A stretch of DNA of 64,000 nucleotides, taken from IMG/VR virus record IMGVR_UViG_3300048834_000169, positions 1-64,000 of that record; one strand, written 5' to 3'. A model generated the notes under the pieces. That model was not told where the DNA came from and did no database searches. It saw only the letters and a list, made by a program, of their open reading frames with translations. The position numbers and the translations under genes were made by a program. Each line of letters begins with the position of its first letter. Positions within the stretch are counted from its first letter, which is position 1. Shown here piece by piece: positions 1 through 8,987 of the stretch. Source of the DNA: a virus.

Positions 1-215
1 TGCAGTTCCTCGTCGAAAAGGGCGCTGACGTTAGGGCCCGTGGCGACGAGGCTCTACGCTGGGCGGCGAGTAAAGGGCACCTAGCCGTAGTGCAGTACCT
101 AATCGAAAAGGGCGCTGACGTTAGGGCCCGTGACGACTATGCGCTACGCTGGGCGGTGGCGAGGGGTCACGAAGACGTGGTAAAGTATTTAGAAAACGTT
201 ATTAAGAAAGGTTAA
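1..215 (+). CDS. Ankyrin-repeat protein, 3' part (truncated by window start)
   Basis: Hand translation from nt 3: QFLVEKGADVRARGDEALRWAASKGHLAVVQYLIEKGADVRARDDYALRWAVARGHEDVVKYLENVIKKG, stop TAA 213-215. Not in the ORF track. Confidence 0.9.
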   Translation, partial: QFLVEKGADVRARGDEALRWAASKGHLAVVQYLIEKGADVRARDDYALRWAVARGHEDVVKYLENVIKKG

Positions 216-218
216 TGA

Positions 219-692
219 ATGAAACAGATTAAAGGAATTATTATCATAGTAGGCTTAGTGCTTATATTATTGCTATCCTTTGGACTCCGGGTAGCGCTTT
301 ACGACGCGGCTATGGCTAACTTAGCTAATAAAAGAGTTAATGAAGAACTTCAGACTACAATTACGAAGCTATCCGCCGAAATCGAATCCTTGAAGTCTAA
401 TCCAGTAACAATTACGAAAGAGGTAATAAAGACCGAGACTAAGGTCATTACCGAAGTTATAACTAAAGTAGTGACAGCAGCTTGTCAGCAGGATAGGGCT
501 AGGCAAAATACTTTAATGCTCAGTATGGGACAGGGTTCGGACGGCTTTCGTATAGGCAAGGCCACAGTAGCAGAGCAGATACGTCCGGTAATCGGAGTAG
601 ATTATTTAAGAAAGATTCAAGATAACGCTAGTATAGGAGTAGGGGTTCTATCCAATAAGACCGTAGTAATTAAATACGGAAGGGATTTCTAA
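219..692 (+). CDS. Membrane-anchored coiled-coil protein, function unknown
   Basis: N-terminal hydrophobic helix, coiled coil, T/K/E/V-rich stretch. Confidence 0.7.
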   Translation: MKQIKGIIIIVGLVLILLLSFGLRVALYDAAMANLANKRVNEELQTTITKLSAEIESLKSNPVTITKEVIKTETKVITEVITKVVTAACQQDRARQNTLMLSMGQGSDGFRIGKATVAEQIRPVIGVDYLRKIQDNASIGVGVLSNKTVVIKYGRDF

Positions 693-947
693 ATGGAACA
701 GATTAAATCATTATTCATATTCGACGTAACTACCACCGAACATGATTATCAGTTCGAGTTCTTGGGTGATATCTTAGAGGAAGTGTCAGCGTTTGGGGAT
801 ACTGAGCAGGACGCTAGGGCTATTCTTAAAAAGGAGTTTGGTGCGTTTTTAGAAAAACAGTGCGTCCTTACTCGAGTGGAGACTCGAACATTGTTCGGTA
901 AAGCCCCAGATAAAAATTCAGTATACTCACAGTCAGACCTCTACTAG
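693..947 (+). CDS. Hypothetical protein
   Basis: ORF directly abutting the upstream stop. Confidence 0.65.
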   Translation: MEQIKSLFIFDVTTTEHDYQFEFLGDILEEVSAFGDTEQDARAILKKEFGAFLEKQCVLTRVETRTLFGKAPDKNSVYSQSDLY

Positions 948-1196
948 AGATTCGCCGTAGTAACCAGTAACTAGACTATTACGGTCTAATAGCGTAAAGT
1001 ATGGTATACGTTTAGAGCGCATTGCAAATATAGGGGTACACGAAGACTCTTCGATAATAGAAGCTTCCCATAATAACTCAGATAGCCGCTTCGGGGCGCT
1101 ATCGTAATTTAAATTGAATACGGCACGACAATACGCTGAATTAGTCAACTCGGCTAAAAAAAGCTCGAACTCATCTTGCTCTGAGAAAGAATTCAT
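933..1196 (-). CDS. Hypothetical protein (probable start MNSFSEQ)
   Basis: Fills the gap between plus-strand genes; extended -10 TGCTATAAT just upstream. Confidence 0.55.
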   Translation of the reverse strand: MNSFSEQDEFELFLAELTNSAYCRAVFNLNYDSAPKRLSELLWEASIIEESSCTPIFAMRSKRIPYFTLLDRNSLVTGYYGESLVEV

Positions 1197-1205
1197 GGTA
1201 GCTAT

Positions 1206-1214
1206 ATTATAGCA
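1206..1214 (-). promoter_or_regulatory. Extended -10 promoter element (TGcTATAAT)
   Basis: Consensus TGnTATAAT 9 nt upstream of the ATG at 1196. Confidence 0.5.
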
Positions 1215-1244
1215 GCTCAATTTAAGATTTTAAAGGAGATTTAC

Positions 1245-1448
1245 ATGATAGCTAAAGATAGTAACGGCAACTTAGTGGACATCGTGATATACGGCGATTC
1301 CGTGGATAATTTAGATGTGCTCAGGGCCGTGTACATTTCTAGCGGCTTTGATGTACCTGACGATGAGATTGATTTTATAATGAATGAGCACTACTATCAG
1401 ATTAAAGACGAATTATTCACTGATAATGGAGAGGAATATGAATATTAG
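1245..1448 (+). CDS. Small acidic hypothetical protein
   Basis: AAGGAG Shine-Dalgarno upstream. Confidence 0.7.
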   Translation: MIAKDSNGNLVDIVIYGDSVDNLDVLRAVYISSGFDVPDDEIDFIMNEHYYQIKDELFTDNGEEYEY

Positions 1449-1674
1449 ATACTTAGGGCTAGCCGCCTTATTAGGTTGCGGGGAGATTACAGTCAGGACA
1501 GTTAGCGATCCTGTAGTTGTTAGGCACGAAGTAGATATATCCAAATTAGAGCAGTATTTCGAGCGTTACTGTAGAGACACGTTACCTGACGGTACCCCAG
1601 AAGAGATACAGGCTTGTGTAGACTTAAACGTAGTTAACTTTATAGACGCATTATCCGAGGTTAGTGATGAGTAA
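1438..1674 (+). CDS. Putative lipoprotein
   Basis: GAGG SD; MNIRYLGLAALLGC lipobox-like N-terminus. Confidence 0.6.
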   Translation: MNIRYLGLAALLGCGEITVRTVSDPVVVRHEVDISKLEQYFERYCRDTLPDGTPEEIQACVDLNVVNFIDALSEVSDE

Positions 1675-2224
1675 TTATATCATACGCAGTCTTAAGAAAT
1701 CACCTAAGACTAGAATAGTAGTAATTCAGTACCCCACTAGTTCAGGTCAAGTAATTTTTTGGGCCAATAAGGATGAGAGCGGCCTGATGCGCAGCACATA
1801 CGCAATTTTTAATGACGAAGAGGTTAGTAATGTCGTAGCTGCTATTTTGGCTAGAGGTTACTGCTCTGAGCCAAGTATCAGCTTTACTAATTGTGAAGTG
1901 GCCTGTATGCACTGGGGCGTTACTGATTCGTATGCGCGCATGGCCCCGTTCTTGGGATTTATTAGCGATGAGGATGATGGTTGGCCCTTTGCTAAAACTT
2001 CGAATCCTTTTTCAGGCACGCCTAAAACAGAAGAACTTCGCAGTACTTGTTACTATTGCCAGACCCCGGTCTCTACTAGTCAATTTTTTAGCTACTCTGA
2101 CGATAAGTATGAAATATCTCTAGCTTGCGCAAAGTGCAAACGCGCTGATAAGATTAAGCTTACTGAAGCTCAGATAAAGACCTGCAATGAGCAGGGAAGT
2201 TATCAAGCTTTTCTTGGGAAATGA
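1664..2224 (+). CDS. Hypothetical protein with C-terminal CxxC...CxxC zinc ribbon
   Basis: CYYC and CAKC pairs. Confidence 0.65.
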   Translation: MMSNYIIRSLKKSPKTRIVVIQYPTSSGQVIFWANKDESGLMRSTYAIFNDEEVSNVVAAILARGYCSEPSISFTNCEVACMHWGVTDSYARMAPFLGFISDEDDGWPFAKTSNPFSGTPKTEELRSTCYYCQTPVSTSQFFSYSDDKYEISLACAKCKRADKIKLTEAQIKTCNEQGSYQAFLGK

Positions 2225-2227
2225 TAA

Positions 2228-2881
2228 ATGCGCGGCACAAATACTCAAACAGATCTTAACAATGATATAATCACGTTTAGTCGCTACGGTCACCTCGCCA
2301 TAGTGCAGTACCTAATCGAAAAGGGAGCTGACGTTAGGGTCCTAGACGACTTGGCGCTACGCGAGGCGGCGTATAACGGTCACCTAGCCGTAGTGCAGTA
2401 CCTCGTCGAAAAGGGCGCTAACGTTAGGGCCCGTGACGACGAGGCGCTACGCCGGGCGGCGGAGAATGGTCACCTAGACGTAGTGCAGTACCTAATCGAA
2501 AAGGGCGCTGACGTTAGGGCCCGTGACGACTATGCGCCGCGCTGGGCGGCGTATAACGGGCACCTAGTCGTAGTGCAGTACCTCGTCGAAAAGGGCGCTG
2601 ACGTTAGGGCCCAAGACGACTATGAGCTACGCTGGGCGGCGAATAACGGTCACCTCGCCGTAGTGCAGTACCTAATCGAAAAGGGCGCTAACGTTAGGGC
2701 CCGTGACGACGAGGCGCTACGCGAGGCGGCGTATAACGGGCACCTAGCCGTAGTGCAGTACCTCGTCGAAAAGGGCGCTAACGTTAGGGCCCAGGACGAC
2801 GAGGCGCTACGCTGGGCGGCTCGTAACGGGCACCTAGCCGTAGTGCAGTATTTAAAGAATGTTATTAAGAAAGGTCAATGA
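2228..2881 (+). CDS. Ankyrin-repeat protein (N-cap plus 6 modules of 30 aa)
   Basis: Tandem ALRxAAxNGHLxVVQYLxEKGAxVRA repeats. Confidence 0.95.
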   Translation: MRGTNTQTDLNNDIITFSRYGHLAIVQYLIEKGADVRVLDDLALREAAYNGHLAVVQYLVEKGANVRARDDEALRRAAENGHLDVVQYLIEKGADVRARDDYAPRWAAYNGHLVVVQYLVEKGADVRAQDDYELRWAANNGHLAVVQYLIEKGANVRARDDEALREAAYNGHLAVVQYLVEKGANVRAQDDEALRWAARNGHLAVVQYLKNVIKKGQ

Positions 2882-3137
2882 TATGCAAACTAAAAAACTT
2901 AGTGCGTCGTTTACTACGAGTCGAATAGGCGACCACTTTCGCCTAACTTTCCGTAATGAGAAAGATCTCGAAACTAAGACTATAGGCGAAGTGTTTACGG
3001 TAGGGCATGAATCAGTCACTGTACGACTAACGCCAAGAACTGCGCTAGAACTAGTTGAGTTTATAGATAGAACGTTAGAAGATTACGACTTTAGCTTAGT
3101 CGACGATAAAAAACGAGTAAATAAAAAGAAGAAATGA
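2859..3137 (+). CDS. Hypothetical protein
   Basis: ORF between two ankyrin genes, overlapping the next start (ATGA). Confidence 0.65.
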   Translation: MLLRKVNDMQTKKLSASFTTSRIGDHFRLTFRNEKDLETKTIGEVFTVGHESVTVRLTPRTALELVEFIDRTLEDYDFSLVDDKKRVNKKKK

Positions 3138-3706
3138 GTATGTTAGCAGTAAAGTGTCAAAACGACCTTGACAACGACTTGATCGTGTTTAGCCGATACG
3201 GTCACCTAGCCGTAGTGCAGTACCTAATCGAAAAGGGCGCTGACGTTAGGGCCCTAGGCGACGCGGCGCTACGCTGGGCGGCGGAGAATGGGCACCTAGC
3301 CGTAGTGCAGTACCTAATCGAAAAGGGCGCTGACGTTAGGGACAGCGGCAAGTATGCGCTACGCGGGGCGGCTCGTAAAGGGCACCTATCCGTAGTGCAG
3401 TACCTAATCGAAAAGGGCGCTGACGTTAGGGCCCTAGGCGACGCGCCGCTACACTGGGCGGCGTTTAACGGTCACCTACACGTCGTGCAGTACCTAATCG
3501 AAAAGGGCGCTAACGTTAGGGCTCATGACGACTTGGCGCTACGCGTGGCGGCGGAGAGTGGACACCTACACGTCGTGAAGTACCTCGTCGAAAAGGGCGC
3601 TGACGTTAGGGCCGGTGACGACTGGGCGCTACGCGAGGCGGCGAATAACGGGCACCTACCTGTCGTGAAGTATTTAGAGAATGTTATTAAGGAGAATAAG
3701 AAATGA
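3134..3706 (+). CDS. Ankyrin-repeat protein (N-cap plus 5 modules)
   Basis: Same 30-aa repeat as 2228..2881. Confidence 0.95.
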   Translation: MSMLAVKCQNDLDNDLIVFSRYGHLAVVQYLIEKGADVRALGDAALRWAAENGHLAVVQYLIEKGADVRDSGKYALRGAARKGHLSVVQYLIEKGADVRALGDAPLHWAAFNGHLHVVQYLIEKGANVRAHDDLALRVAAESGHLHVVKYLVEKGADVRAGDDWALREAANNGHLPVVKYLENVIKENKK

Positions 3707-4764
3707 GCGCAGCATTACGATGGTTACTATTTATCACAGTCGGTCTCCCAATTCAGTGGCTACTGTACTTACTATATCCAGTAGCTATTATACTTTTTCG
3801 TAAAAAATGGCGGGGTAAAATAGGCACATCGTTTAAGGTACCCACAGACGGCCCTAGAAGTTTAGAACAAATTATAGATCTTGGCGCGATCACTAAAATG
3901 CGAAACGAGGTGTTTACAGACAGTAAAGACGACCATACCGCACTAGTCCACTACGGTACCTGGTCGTATAAGCCTATGACTATTGCTAGCGAAGGTCTAC
4001 GAAGACTAGTAAGGGCTGACGGCTCCTTGGAACGCATGTATCCGGTACAGACCGACCCTAATCCCGTCTCTAGAGATTGTCTCACTAGCTGGGTGTACAG
4101 TTACACTATGTTTGGCGGGCCCAAACAAGAGCTAAAGAAGATAGGTCTGCACTATCTGAAGCATTGTTTAGGATTAGCACACCATAATGGTATGGTCTCA
4201 GCCCGTAGTTCTAGTAGCGGCATTAATTACACATTTGATGGTTATAAGAATCTATCTCAGCCGGCCTTTGGACCTAACTACTATAGCTCGGCCTCCTTGC
4301 TTGCGCTTATGCGAAAAGAGTTCGGCGGAGTTTGGCACCTAGTATACTTTATCCACTTTATTTTAATGGGCGGGTGGCTATGGTGGATAGAGCCAGTGAT
4401 CTATAATGATAAACATTTAATTTATTACGACCATCACATCACTTTACTTAATCTAACCGCTATGGAACACTTATACTCATCTCCTCTGAATAGACGAGCT
4501 ATTCGAAGGGTAGCTGTAGAAATTGCGCCGCAAAACAATATTAATGCGTTCTTCTACGCTATGGCGTGGAATGCTGGGGTCCTTACTGAAAAAGAAAGGC
4601 AAGATGCTGTAATGGTCCTTAGAAACATTGCCCACTTTTGGCCCCAGGAACCGGCTACTGGGCCGGACTATCTAAATGGCAGACAATCATTAGAAAACTG
4701 GTCGATGATGGGGTATCACGCAAAACTGTTAAAGAACCCTGCAAAAAGGCTACCTAGACCATGA
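3703..4764 (+). CDS. Membrane-associated hypothetical protein
   Basis: 353-aa ORF, N-terminal TM segment, translationally coupled. Confidence 0.7.
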   Translation: MSAALRWLLFITVGLPIQWLLYLLYPVAIILFRKKWRGKIGTSFKVPTDGPRSLEQIIDLGAITKMRNEVFTDSKDDHTALVHYGTWSYKPMTIASEGLRRLVRADGSLERMYPVQTDPNPVSRDCLTSWVYSYTMFGGPKQELKKIGLHYLKHCLGLAHHNGMVSARSSSSGINYTFDGYKNLSQPAFGPNYYSSASLLALMRKEFGGVWHLVYFIHFILMGGWLWWIEPVIYNDKHLIYYDHHITLLNLTAMEHLYSSPLNRRAIRRVAVEIAPQNNINAFFYAMAWNAGVLTEKERQDAVMVLRNIAHFWPQEPATGPDYLNGRQSLENWSMMGYHAKLLKNPAKRLPRP

Positions 4765-4970
4765 AAACTACAGTAATAAAATACACTGGCGTTACCGGCA
4801 AAGCTCGCGAACTAAAGCTAGTGGAAAATATGGTAGGACTAGTTAAGTGGCATAAGAACCTAGAAGCCAGTTCAGCAAGCTTATTCCAAGATGAGAGCGG
4901 AAGATTCCTACAATTACCAAACAATGCATGGGACGTGCTGGGAATTCCCTATGAGATAGAAGTTAAATAA
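4761..4970 (+). CDS. Hypothetical protein
   Basis: ATGA overlap with upstream gene. Confidence 0.6.
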   Translation: MKTTVIKYTGVTGKARELKLVENMVGLVKWHKNLEASSASLFQDESGRFLQLPNNAWDVLGIPYEIEVK

Positions 4971-4971
4971 T

Positions 4972-5406
4972 ATGCAAACTGAGCTAAACTGTGCCCCTAA
5001 ATTTATAGTCGTACTTCAAGATTTCGTTGGCGATGCTGGCATAGCTCATCCTATAACTCAAACAGCCCCTGGTCGACAGTTTAGCATGTGGCTAGAGGCC
5101 GCAGGACTATTAGGGTACGATTTTCGTATTACAAGTGTCATTAAACGCTCTATAAGCCCCACTGAGAGGATTTCTTCTGAAGAACGGGCAAATGCCTTAG
5201 ACGTTCTAAACGTTGAACTACAGCCGTTTAAATGCGTTATATGCCTAGGGACTATTGCATCAACCGCCGTACGTAAGTTAGAATTTACTGATAAAATAGT
5301 GCTGGCCTTAGCTCGCCCTCAGGACATTGAGGGCCAGTCTAGTCTACCTCAAAATATTAAAGATATAATTGAGTCTTTACAGAAGTTCAAATCTAAGCTA
5401 GTCTGA
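4972..5406 (+). CDS. Degenerate uracil-DNA glycosylase family-4-like protein
   Basis: PGRQFSMWLEAAGL, ITSVIK and VICLGTIA resemble UDG-F4 segments; the GEAPG motif is absent. Confidence 0.5.
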   Translation: MQTELNCAPKFIVVLQDFVGDAGIAHPITQTAPGRQFSMWLEAAGLLGYDFRITSVIKRSISPTERISSEERANALDVLNVELQPFKCVICLGTIASTAVRKLEFTDKIVLALARPQDIEGQSSLPQNIKDIIESLQKFKSKLV

Positions 5407-5425
5407 CTATAGAAGGAGTGCCTAA

Positions 5426-5647
5426 ATGAGCTTTAGAGAGTGTCAGGATATTATCGTGCTGGATTTTATGATAAACGGGGAGCGCCGAGATGTGGGTGGT
5501 AGATATGAACGTCCGGCTAAAAGCGATTCTGGCACTAGGCACTGGGTAATCATTAATACGGTACGTCTTACAGTAGACGAGGATAAGATAGTAGATGCCC
5601 AAGCTTATTGGGACTCAAAACGCAAAGCCAATAGTGAGGGTAAATAA
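5426..5647 (+). CDS. Hypothetical protein
   Basis: AAGGAG SD upstream. Confidence 0.6.
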   Translation: MSFRECQDIIVLDFMINGERRDVGGRYERPAKSDSGTRHWVIINTVRLTVDEDKIVDAQAYWDSKRKANSEGK

Positions 5648-5964
5648 TGACTAAGCAAGAAATAGACGAATGGATCGCTATGCAGTCTACTAACTTAATG
5701 GCGGATATGCTTAGTTTTGGCGGCTCAGAATTAGAATTCAGGGATTATATGTACGATAGATTTAAGTTTACCTTGGAGCTTACAGCTTCCATGCTCTCTA
5801 GTGGTCCGTCTGTTAGAGTTTCTAAGTTTGCAGTGGAGAAGATATTTGAGACTGCTATCGTAGAGTTTAATCAAAAAAACGGCGGCCTGACTCCTAGAGA
5901 GGCGGCTATATACGAAGCGGCTTTCTTCGATGCAGCTAGGCGTCTTAATAAGAATAGGGAATAG
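5647..5964 (+). CDS. Hypothetical protein
   Basis: TAATG coupling. Confidence 0.6.
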   Translation: MTKQEIDEWIAMQSTNLMADMLSFGGSELEFRDYMYDRFKFTLELTASMLSSGPSVRVSKFAVEKIFETAIVEFNQKNGGLTPREAAIYEAAFFDAARRLNKNRE

Positions 5965-5966
5965 TT

Positions 5967-6182
5967 ATGAGCGCTGAATCGATGGCCCCGCCAGTCTATC
6001 TCCTTAAGCTTGACAATCAGTGGACTGTTGTGTGGGGTCATTGTTCAGCTTCGGATAAGGATTACTATATAAAAGTGCTCTACGACGATACATTGTCTGA
6101 TACTGCACAAGATAGGTCGGAAGAGCTTAGACGGACTCTTTCTAGATTTGATGCATGGAAACGTAATTCAGGGTTAAAGTAA
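5967..6182 (+). CDS. Hypothetical protein
   Basis: Packed in operon. Confidence 0.55.
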   Translation: MSAESMAPPVYLLKLDNQWTVVWGHCSASDKDYYIKVLYDDTLSDTAQDRSEELRRTLSRFDAWKRNSGLK

Positions 6183-6433
6183 TGAGAAGCGTTCTTGGTA
6201 CTATTGTAGCAGCGTTATTGTTACTTATAGCCTATACGGTAGGCGGCGAGTTTACTTATTACTACATGGCTAAAAATGTAGAAAGAGCTTATCTACTGGG
6301 CTGCGGACTAGGTCGCGCCAAGCAGTACAATTTTACAGTGCCGTTGCCGCCACAAGACGTAGTCTTTTGCCATACTGCGGCCAGTTACTTTAACGGTACG
6401 CTAAACCCCTCCAGCGGTAACGGCTCTAAGTAA
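6182..6433 (+). CDS. Small membrane or secreted protein
   Basis: Hydrophobic N-terminus, TAATG coupling. Confidence 0.6.
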   Translation: MRSVLGTIVAALLLLIAYTVGGEFTYYYMAKNVERAYLLGCGLGRAKQYNFTVPLPPQDVVFCHTAASYFNGTLNPSSGNGSK

Positions 6434-7381
6434 CAGCCTGGCCATCAACTCCCGAAACTCCTGTGCGGAGCCGCCGATATTTAACCTAATATAACTATCA
6501 GAGTCTCCAAAATCTCGCCCCCTATAATACTCTACCCCGATCTGGTCTAGCGTATCGGTAGGGTCCTTGATATAAGCGAACATCCCTCGCTGCTCTCCAT
6601 AAATATGGGTAGGGTACGCCTGATAAAATTCGTTAATACGATCGTTAAGAACCTCTCGTGCTCTATCGAGTATGGAACTCCCCACTTGCATTTCTATAAG
6701 AACGCCCTCTATGAATTCCACGGCTACCTGCTGAGCTAGTGGACTTACTCCACATGTACTCATTTCAATATGAGAAGAGATAACTTTAGCTAAATCTTCG
6801 TGATTATTTACAGTGACGCCCTTTTTAACTAGTGCCCAACCTAGCCTAACTGACGACATTCCGGACAGCTTGCTAAAACTAAAAATTAGTACGTCATTAT
6901 TCAGGGGTACGAGTTTTTCGTCAGGCCTGTAAAACGTAGGCCAATGGTAAGACGCATCCACTACCTTAGCTTCGTTAACTATCGCAGATAGCTTACCATC
7001 AGGATTATTAGGGTAGGTTACCATTAGCTTGTGTAAATTAGGGTTATTGTGGTCGTGGGGAAACTCTCTTGTGAATACCTGCATGTCTTCTACTAAGTAC
7101 CTAAACCTAGACCAAAATGGAATATATACGCCTACTGGCATAGCCCTCGATACAGCCGTCAGCATTTGACTTGCACCATTAGAGATTACCACGTCATAGT
7201 CGTGTATATTTAGTACATTGCCAACTTGCTCATGCAATGACAGGATGCTCTCTATTAAATCCTTTTGCGGTGCCGTATGATCGTAGGACTGGTTAGCCGA
7301 TGATATCGTGCCGTAGTACTGAGCATCAGTTAATTCTTGAATAAATGCTGGATTTCCAAATCTTAGGTCAAGCTTTTTCAT
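6401..7381 (-). CDS. PLP-dependent aminotransferase, alliinase/TAA1-like (fold type I)
   Basis: GASQ, YPNNPDG, DASYHWP and FSFSK(PLP Lys)LSGMSSVRLGWALVK motifs. Confidence 0.85.
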   Translation of the reverse strand: MKKLDLRFGNPAFIQELTDAQYYGTISSANQSYDHTAPQKDLIESILSLHEQVGNVLNIHDYDVVISNGASQMLTAVSRAMPVGVYIPFWSRFRYLVEDMQVFTREFPHDHNNPNLHKLMVTYPNNPDGKLSAIVNEAKVVDASYHWPTFYRPDEKLVPLNNDVLIFSFSKLSGMSSVRLGWALVKKGVTVNNHEDLAKVISSHIEMSTCGVSPLAQQVAVEFIEGVLIEMQVGSSILDRAREVLNDRINEFYQAYPTHIYGEQRGMFAYIKDPTDTLDQIGVEYYRGRDFGDSDSYIRLNIGGSAQEFRELMARLLLRAVTAGGV

Positions 7382-7689
7382 TTAACGGACTTTCTTTGCT
7401 GTTTGCGCGGCTTTTTTTTAGCTCGCTTGAGTTCAGTTAGCCTGTAAAATATCTGGTCGGGGGGTTGCCTTAATACCTCCTCTACTTTACTGTCTAGCGG
7501 GCCAAAGGCATTCTCGGCCACTTTTGCAGCCTCGTTTATATGATAGCTACCCGGGTAGTGCCTTAAACATCTATAAGCAATGTCCCTAATTATCGTAGGA
7601 ACCCCAGGAGTAGCCGATTTATCGATAAGCGCCCTAAGGAAGGCCCTAGTCTTGAGTACAGCGTAAGATCGTTCGTCAGGCATTGTCAT
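7378..7689 (-). CDS. BPSL0761-like family protein
   Basis: MTMPDERSYAV...FL...CLRHYP pattern. Confidence 0.6.
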   Translation of the reverse strand: MTMPDERSYAVLKTRAFLRALIDKSATPGVPTIIRDIAYRCLRHYPGSYHINEAAKVAENAFGPLDSKVEEVLRQPPDQIFYRLTELKRAKKKPRKQQRKSVK

Positions 7690-8000
7690 TTTCGTTTATC
7701 CTCTATATGGGCGGTAAGCCAGTGGAGACAGGCGAACCACCCAGCCTTAAATCCGTCCCTGTCTGGGGTGTAACCTTCGTTATCTTGGGACGGGAAGTTT
7801 GAATATTCTTTTATGAAGGAATTATAGGACGCGGTCTTATCGGGCCATTCAATCTTGCGGGCTTCGCGAAGAGATTTTATAATTTCTAACTTCATTACAG
7901 ACCAATCTTCTTTGTCCCAACTTTCCAGTCCAATTGCCTTGCTTAAAATTTTTCCCACAACTTCATCGGCTTTCCTGTCAGCCCAATCTTGTTCGCTCAT
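7686..8000 (-). CDS. Hypothetical protein (paralogue of 8712..8987)
   Basis: MSEQDW...LREARKIEWP. Confidence 0.65.
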   Translation of the reverse strand: MSEQDWADRKADEVVGKILSKAIGLESWDKEDWSVMKLEIIKSLREARKIEWPDKTASYNSFIKEYSNFPSQDNEGYTPDRDGFKAGWFACLHWLTAHIEDKRK

Positions 8001-8464
8001 GTTCCACTCACAATCTTTTCGCAGTTTTTAAACGTTGCTCTAAGTTTTGATAGAGCAGATAAAAAAGAAGTCGCTTGGTCATTTTTAAAAGGTTCAAAGT
8101 GACGTTTCGCAAGAATGTTAACTTCCTCTCCCGCCTTGTTGCTTTCCTGATCCTTAAACGTAAAATAATCTGTACCTGTTGCGGGCATTGAATAAAAATT
8201 CATTTCACTCAATGCTTTATTCATTTTTTCAATTGTTTCCTTTTGCAGTCTAATCACGGCAATAAGCTTTTTGATTGTGTCGGGATTTGCGGCGGCAAGG
8301 AATTCGGCGTCTGCTAAATCAAATTCTCCGTCATATCCTGTACGAAGACCTGACACCCAAGCCTCGTCACCGTCATCACTATTTAAACTCACAGTCCAAG
8401 GTCCTGGAGCCGCAGCATTAGCTTTTTCTTCAAGATCTTTTAGCAGGGATTCCAGGGTGCTCAT
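7997..8464 (-). CDS. Ead/Ea22-like protein
   Basis: AAAPGPW...DAEFLAAANPDTIKKLI motif. Confidence 0.65.
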   Translation of the reverse strand: MSTLESLLKDLEEKANAAAPGPWTVSLNSDDGDEAWVSGLRTGYDGEFDLADAEFLAAANPDTIKKLIAVIRLQKETIEKMNKALSEMNFYSMPATGTDYFTFKDQESNKAGEEVNILAKRHFEPFKNDQATSFLSALSKLRATFKNCEKIVSGT

Positions 8465-8748
8465 AATTCACCCAAAACTTCTTTACCCTTATTTTGGTAA
8501 TAATAAGGAGCACCAGCAGCTCCTCCCAAATAACATCCTAATTTATAAGCAGGAAATGCTTTTTGAATTCTAGACGGTGTGCGAAGACAATCAGCTCTCC
8601 ATGTATAATTGGGATTTGTGCTACCATTTTTATTAGCGTCAAAAAGACCAACTACAAACGCAAATAAAGACATAATAACATAAGATATAAAAACGATTTT
8701 AATGAAAATTCTCATCTCCGCCTCGATTCTATGTAGGATTTCAGCCAA
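8461..8748 (-). CDS. Small membrane protein
   Basis: One TM helix, coupled in operon. Confidence 0.55.
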   Translation of the reverse strand: MAEILHRIEAEMRIFIKIVFISYVIMSLFAFVVGLFDANKNGSTNPNYTWRADCLRTPSRIQKAFPAYKLGCYLGGAAGAPYYYQNKGKEVLGEL

Positions 8749-8987
8749 TCATAGTCGACGTATAGCTTCTTTTTGTCGGTACCATCTTTTTGTCTTTCAT
8801 ACCCAACAAGAGTTCGAATCGCTTGAATGTCTGTTGGCTCGGGCAATTCAATCTTTTGTGCTTCTCGAAGGGCTTGGGCGATATCTCGAATCATGCACTC
8901 TGGCTTAGAATCAGTGCCTTTGGGGATTGTGAAATAGTTAGACACAATCTTTATAGCCTTTTTCTCAGTCCAATCTTGTTCGCTCAT
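8712..8987 (-). CDS. Hypothetical protein (paralogue of 7686..8000)
   Basis: MSEQDW...LREAQKIELP. Confidence 0.65.
   Translation of the reverse strand: MSEQDWTEKKAIKIVSNYFTIPKGTDSKPECMIRDIAQALREAQKIELPEPTDIQAIRTLVGYERQKDGTDKKKLYVDYDWLKSYIESRRR

Noticed and set aside
2228-3706. CRISPR-like repeat-spacer array
   Set aside because: The 90-bp period is in frame and protein-coding, with no unique spacers. The Cas4-like gene at 18802 is an ordinary phage exonuclease.
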